From assembly GCA_028527945.1 (NCBI GenBank), contig JAQQAK010000213.1:1-36540 (forward strand): a stretch of 36,540 nt of DNA. The letters are read 5' to 3'. Positions within the stretch are counted from its first letter, which is position 1; each line of letters starts with the position of its first letter. This DNA is from Spirochaetaceae bacterium (GTDB lineage: Bacteria > Spirochaetota > Spirochaetia > UBA9216). Made by a program: the position numbers and the translations under genes. This document shows, in pieces, positions 33,410 to 36,540 of this stretch. The notes under the pieces are model-generated. The model was given only the letters and a program-made list of their open reading frames with translations, made no database searches and was not told where the DNA came from.

Positions 33410-33508
33410 ATCATTTTGAAGTCTGAATAAACTCAAACTTCACTCACTATGACAGCCATCTAATCTGCCATAGAGATTTTGGCAGAATTTGTATAAGAGG
33501 AGAAAATA

Positions 33509-34849
33509 ATGAAAAAGATGATGCTGATTATTCTCTCTCTGTTTTTGCTTGGAAGCACAGTTTTTGCTTCCGGGCAGCAGGAAGAGCCCAAAAAAGAAGA
33601 TGCTAAAAGCAAAGAACCTGCCAAGGCAGAGGTCGTCTCTATTAATAAAGAGATATCAAGCCCTGTTACTGTTGAGTTCTGGCATGGAATGAGTGCTAAA
33701 CTAGGAGAAACTGTTGAGCTTTTAGCTGATGAGTTTAATCAGACTATAGGCGCAGAAAAAGGTATAACGGTAGTACCTGTTTTTCAGGGTGGATACACTG
33801 ATCTCAAGCAGAAGCTTACTGCTTCCATCAAAGCAGGAACTGCTCCGGTAATCTCACAGGGGTACTCAAACTACATTGCTGAGTTCATGCAGGCAGATGT
33901 CGTTGTTGCTCTGAACGATTATATCTATGATTCAGAGGTCGGCATTAAAGACTTTGAAGATATTTTTCCCGGCTACCGAGCGGAAAATTGTCAGATTGAT
34001 GGCAAGACCTTCTACAGTCTTCCCTTTAATAAGTCTACAGAGGTAATTTTTTATAATAAAACCTTCTTTGAGGAGAACGGTTATGAGGTTCCTAAAACAT
34101 GGGATGAAATGTCTGCTCTTTGTAAGACTATCTATGAGAAAACTGGAAAGCCTGGTATGGGGTATGATTCTCTAGATAATTATATGATTACTATGATACA
34201 GCAGTTTGGAGGCAAGTATACTGATGCTCAGGGTAATATCTATTACAGTCAGAATGATGCCGCAGTAAAGGCTATAAATCTCTTCAAAGAGAACTTTGAC
34301 AAGGGGTATTGGAGAATTGCTGGAGAAGACAAGTATTTATCAGGTCCCTTTGGAAATGCTGATGTATATATGTATATTGGTTCAACTGCGGGAGCTTCGT
34401 ATGTTAAGCCCAATGGTTTTGAGTGGGATAGCGCTCCCATTCCATATGTATCGGCTGATAAAAAGGCTGCTATACAGCAGGGAACTAATGTCTTTTTGAT
34501 GAACCAGAACAAGAGTGATGAAGAGGTTTATGCTGGTTATGAGTTTATAAAATACCTTGTAAGCAAGGACGCAAACTTTATCTGGTCAACCAACACTGGT
34601 TATCTGCCAATCAGAAAAAGTGTTGTTGAATCACCTGAATATAAGAAATTTCTTGCAACTACTACCGATACAACCAAAATTTCAGGTCCTGCTCAGGGTG
34701 ATTATTATTTTTATGAACCAGGTTTTTTTACTCCTAACTATTCGTCATATGATGTACGTGTTAGCTTGAGAGCTGCTGTTGAAGATGCTCTTCTTAATGG
34801 AACAGATGCCAAGACTGCTGTTGATACAGCATATGGTAAATTAAAGTAA
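33509..34849 (+). CDS. Extracellular solute-binding protein, family 1 (carbohydrate-type)
   Basis: GAGGAG RBS. Signal peptide (LSLFLLGSTVFA). 446 aa, with the size and composition of CUT1 binding proteins. The substrate cannot be called from sequence. Confidence 0.85.
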   Translation: MKKMMLIILSLFLLGSTVFASGQQEEPKKEDAKSKEPAKAEVVSINKEISSPVTVEFWHGMSAKLGETVELLADEFNQTIGAEKGITVVPVFQGGYTDLKQKLTASIKAGTAPVISQGYSNYIAEFMQADVVVALNDYIYDSEVGIKDFEDIFPGYRAENCQIDGKTFYSLPFNKSTEVIFYNKTFFEENGYEVPKTWDEMSALCKTIYEKTGKPGMGYDSLDNYMITMIQQFGGKYTDAQGNIYYSQNDAAVKAINLFKENFDKGYWRIAGEDKYLSGPFGNADVYMYIGSTAGASYVKPNGFEWDSAPIPYVSADKKAAIQQGTNVFLMNQNKSDEEVYAGYEFIKYLVSKDANFIWSTNTGYLPIRKSVVESPEYKKFLATTTDTTKISGPAQGDYYFYEPGFFTPNYSSYDVRVSLRAAVEDALLNGTDAKTAVDTAYGKLK

Positions 34850-34855
34850 TTGTTA

Positions 34856-35809
34856 ATGAATATTTCTAATGCTTTGCTTGCAAAACAAATATTTGAACAA
34901 ATCAAAGCTTCGGACAAGATTGTAGTCTGTAGTCATGTTAAACCGGATGGAGATGCCTTTGGCTCTTCATTCGGACTTGCGTATATTCTTCGGGATAATT
35001 TTCCACAGAAAAATATTCTTGTAAGTTCTGTTGAGCATGCTCATATTCGGTTTTTCCCATCAGGAGATTTTATAACGGATGAGTTTATGTCGCAAAGCCT
35101 TGTTATAATTGTTGATACAGCAAGTGGAATACGGGTCTATGATCAGAGATGGTCTCAGGGGAAATTTATAATTAAAATAGATCACCATCCCTTATTTGAG
35201 AGTTTTGGAGATATTGAGCTGGTAAATGATTCCTATCCATCTTGTTGTGAGATTATTATTGATCTAATAAGAGAATGGGAGCTTAAGATTTCTCAAAAAA
35301 GTGCTGAATATCTTTTTGCCGGGCTTACTACAGATACAGGACGTTTTCGTTTTCCTGGAGTAGGAAAGGCAACTTTTGAAAGGGCTTCTTTTTTATGTAG
35401 TCTTGGGGTACACCCCTCTGATGTGTATGATTCTATATATCAGGAAAAGGCTTCTGTCCTAAGATTTCGCGGATGGGTGAGTTCTAATTTTGTAAATAAT
35501 AATGGTTTTGCTTATGTTAAAGTAAAAAAAGATATTACTTTCCACTATGGAATAAGTCCTGAACAAGCTAATTCTATGGTAAACCTATTATCAGATCTTG
35601 AGGATGTAAAGATCTGGACCTTTTTCTGTGAGGATCCGGTATCTGGTCAAATAAAAGTAGAATTTCGTTCCTGTTCTATTGCTGTAAATGAGATAGCTCG
35701 GAAATTCGGAGGATGGGGACATCGTCTGGCTTCAGGAACTGTTGTAGAAAACTGGAAAGTTGTTGATTCTATAATTGAGTATATCAATGAAATGTTGAAA
35801 AGTTCATAA
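34856..35809 (+). CDS. DHH/DHHA1 phosphoesterase (NrnA-like oligoribonuclease / pAp phosphatase)
   Basis: Motifs HVKPDGDAFGS, IVDTAS and IDHHP, plus the DHHA1 motif GGWGHRLASG. ATG at 34856 (the TTG at 34850 is also possible). No gap after the binding-protein stop. Confidence 0.8.
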   Translation: MNISNALLAKQIFEQIKASDKIVVCSHVKPDGDAFGSSFGLAYILRDNFPQKNILVSSVEHAHIRFFPSGDFITDEFMSQSLVIIVDTASGIRVYDQRWSQGKFIIKIDHHPLFESFGDIELVNDSYPSCCEIIIDLIREWELKISQKSAEYLFAGLTTDTGRFRFPGVGKATFERASFLCSLGVHPSDVYDSIYQEKASVLRFRGWVSSNFVNNNGFAYVKVKKDITFHYGISPEQANSMVNLLSDLEDVKIWTFFCEDPVSGQIKVEFRSCSIAVNEIARKFGGWGHRLASGTVVENWKVVDSIIEYINEMLKSS

Positions 35810-35828
35810 CTTTTAGATGTTTTTATAG

Positions 35829-35865
35829 AGGTTCTTTCAAAGCTTAAAAAGTTTTGAAAGAACCT
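35829..35865 (+). terminator. Hairpin after the DHH gene (candidate terminator)
   Basis: Perfect 13-bp inverted repeat AGGTTCTTTCAAA / TTTGAAAGAACCT with an 11-nt loop. The downstream tract TTTATAATTT is T-rich but interrupted. Confidence 0.5.
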
Positions 35866-35955
35866 TTATAATTTATAAAAAGCTAGAAGTAATATTTTTT
35901 TCAGGAAAAATTAAAATATTTGACAAATCATTTAAGATCTGCAATCATTATTTTT

Positions 35956-36540
35956 ATGGAAAGTTCAAAAAAGAAAAAAGCATTAATAATGAAGCAGAAG
36001 GTTATGTTTCAGGTTCTTTATGCTCTAATACCTCTGGCTATCTTTTCTATTTATTTATATGGTTGGCGTTCTCTTTCTATTCTTATCATTGTTAATGTTG
36101 CAGGCTTTCTTAGTGAGTACGTCTTTGCTAAAATCTATAAAAAGCAAGTAAGTTCTGCGGTTTTTGTAACAAACTTTCTATATGCTTTATCTATGCCTCC
36201 GGCAATCCCATACTGGATAGCAGTTGTTGGAATTGTTTTTGGAGTTGTTTTTGGTAAAATGGTTTTTGGCGGATTTGGCCGAAATATTTTTAACCCTGCT
36301 ATATCTGGCCGAGCTTTTGTCTATATTAGTTTTGGTGCTCCAATGACCTCTGGATTTGTTCAACCTTCCGGAGGCTTTCCTGGCGGCTTTGTTCATTGGC
36401 TTTCCGGGGTTGATGCTGTTTCAAAGGCTACGCCTATTGCTGCTTTTTCAAGCGGAAGTAATGTTGATTTATTAAATCTGATAAGCGGAATAACTGCAGG
36501 ATCTCTTGGTGAGACCTGTGCTATTCTTATAATTATTGGA
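35956..36540 (+). CDS. rnfD: RnfD/NqrB-family membrane subunit, 5' partial (runs off the window)
   Basis: Open frame from the ATG at 35956 to the window end; it is absent from the track because it has no stop. Family blocks MFQVLYALIPLA, FGKMVFGGFGRNIFNPAISGRAFVYISF and VDAVSKATPI. The start codon is uncertain because no SD is present. Confidence 0.8.
   Translation, partial: MESSKKKKALIMKQKVMFQVLYALIPLAIFSIYLYGWRSLSILIIVNVAGFLSEYVFAKIYKKQVSSAVFVTNFLYALSMPPAIPYWIAVVGIVFGVVFGKMVFGGFGRNIFNPAISGRAFVYISFGAPMTSGFVQPSGGFPGGFVHWLSGVDAVSKATPIAAFSSGSNVDLLNLISGITAGSLGETCAILIIIG

Noticed and set aside
36187-36396. 69-aa minus-strand ORF at the window end
   Set aside because: It is antisense to the motif-supported RnfD/NqrB frame, and its basic low-complexity sequence is typical of a shadow ORF.
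1-36540. Search for defence systems, toxin-antitoxin pairs, prophage or IS elements, tRNA/rRNA genes and known riboswitches
   Set aside because: I found no integrase, transposase, recombinase, nuclease-helicase or reverse-transcriptase signature. There are no terminal inverted repeats flanking a block. All intergenic gaps are 330 nt or shorter and too AT-rich and unstructured to match riboswitch or tRNA patterns I know.

Overview
AT-rich bacterial chromosomal window with about 30 intact, tightly packed genes. I found no rRNA, tRNA, CRISPR array, transposase, integrase or recognisable phage or defence gene. A class I lysyl-tRNA synthetase, many lipoproteins with spirochaete-style lipoboxes (FSGC, FAGC, ISCG, LGCS) and a Rex / [FeFe]-hydrogenase / Rnf set suggest an anaerobic spirochaete such as Treponema; this is inference only.

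Layout:
- 264-6132 (-): an RpiR-headed operon of racemase, DmpA-type aminopeptidase, two unknown membrane proteins and D-aminoacylase.
- 6267-17368: class I lysS, a PBP5-type DD-carboxypeptidase, an HMGL-family synthase with a C-terminal Cache-like domain, a C25-like lipoprotein, a membrane di-PilZ protein, era, an atypical clpP coupled to purC, and an EEP-family lipoprotein.
- 17466-23392: rex, divergent from a five-gene bifurcating-type [FeFe]-hydrogenase operon (hydC, orphan GHKL ATPase, 2Fe-2S ferredoxin, hydB, hydA).
- 23578-24933 (+): a sodium:solute symporter.
- 30182-24930 (-): a seven-gene string of two lipoproteins, then DRTGG, CBS-RsbW-like kinase, a small secreted protein, DRTGG and a PHP phosphoesterase.
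- 30511-36540 (+): a CUT1-type ABC transporter, a DHH/DHHA1 phosphoesterase and the 5' part of rnfD.

The best candidate for an undescribed system is the DRTGG / CBS-kinase / DRTGG / PHP cassette next to the hydrogenase operon, considered together with the orphan GHKL ATPase inside that operon. Secondary leads are the Cache-fused synthase, the RpiR-controlled D-amino-acid/peptide operon with its 13-bp direct-repeat operator candidate, and the N-terminally divergent ClpP. All calls rest on motifs read from the supplied translations and on hand-checked DNA patterns. No database search was possible.
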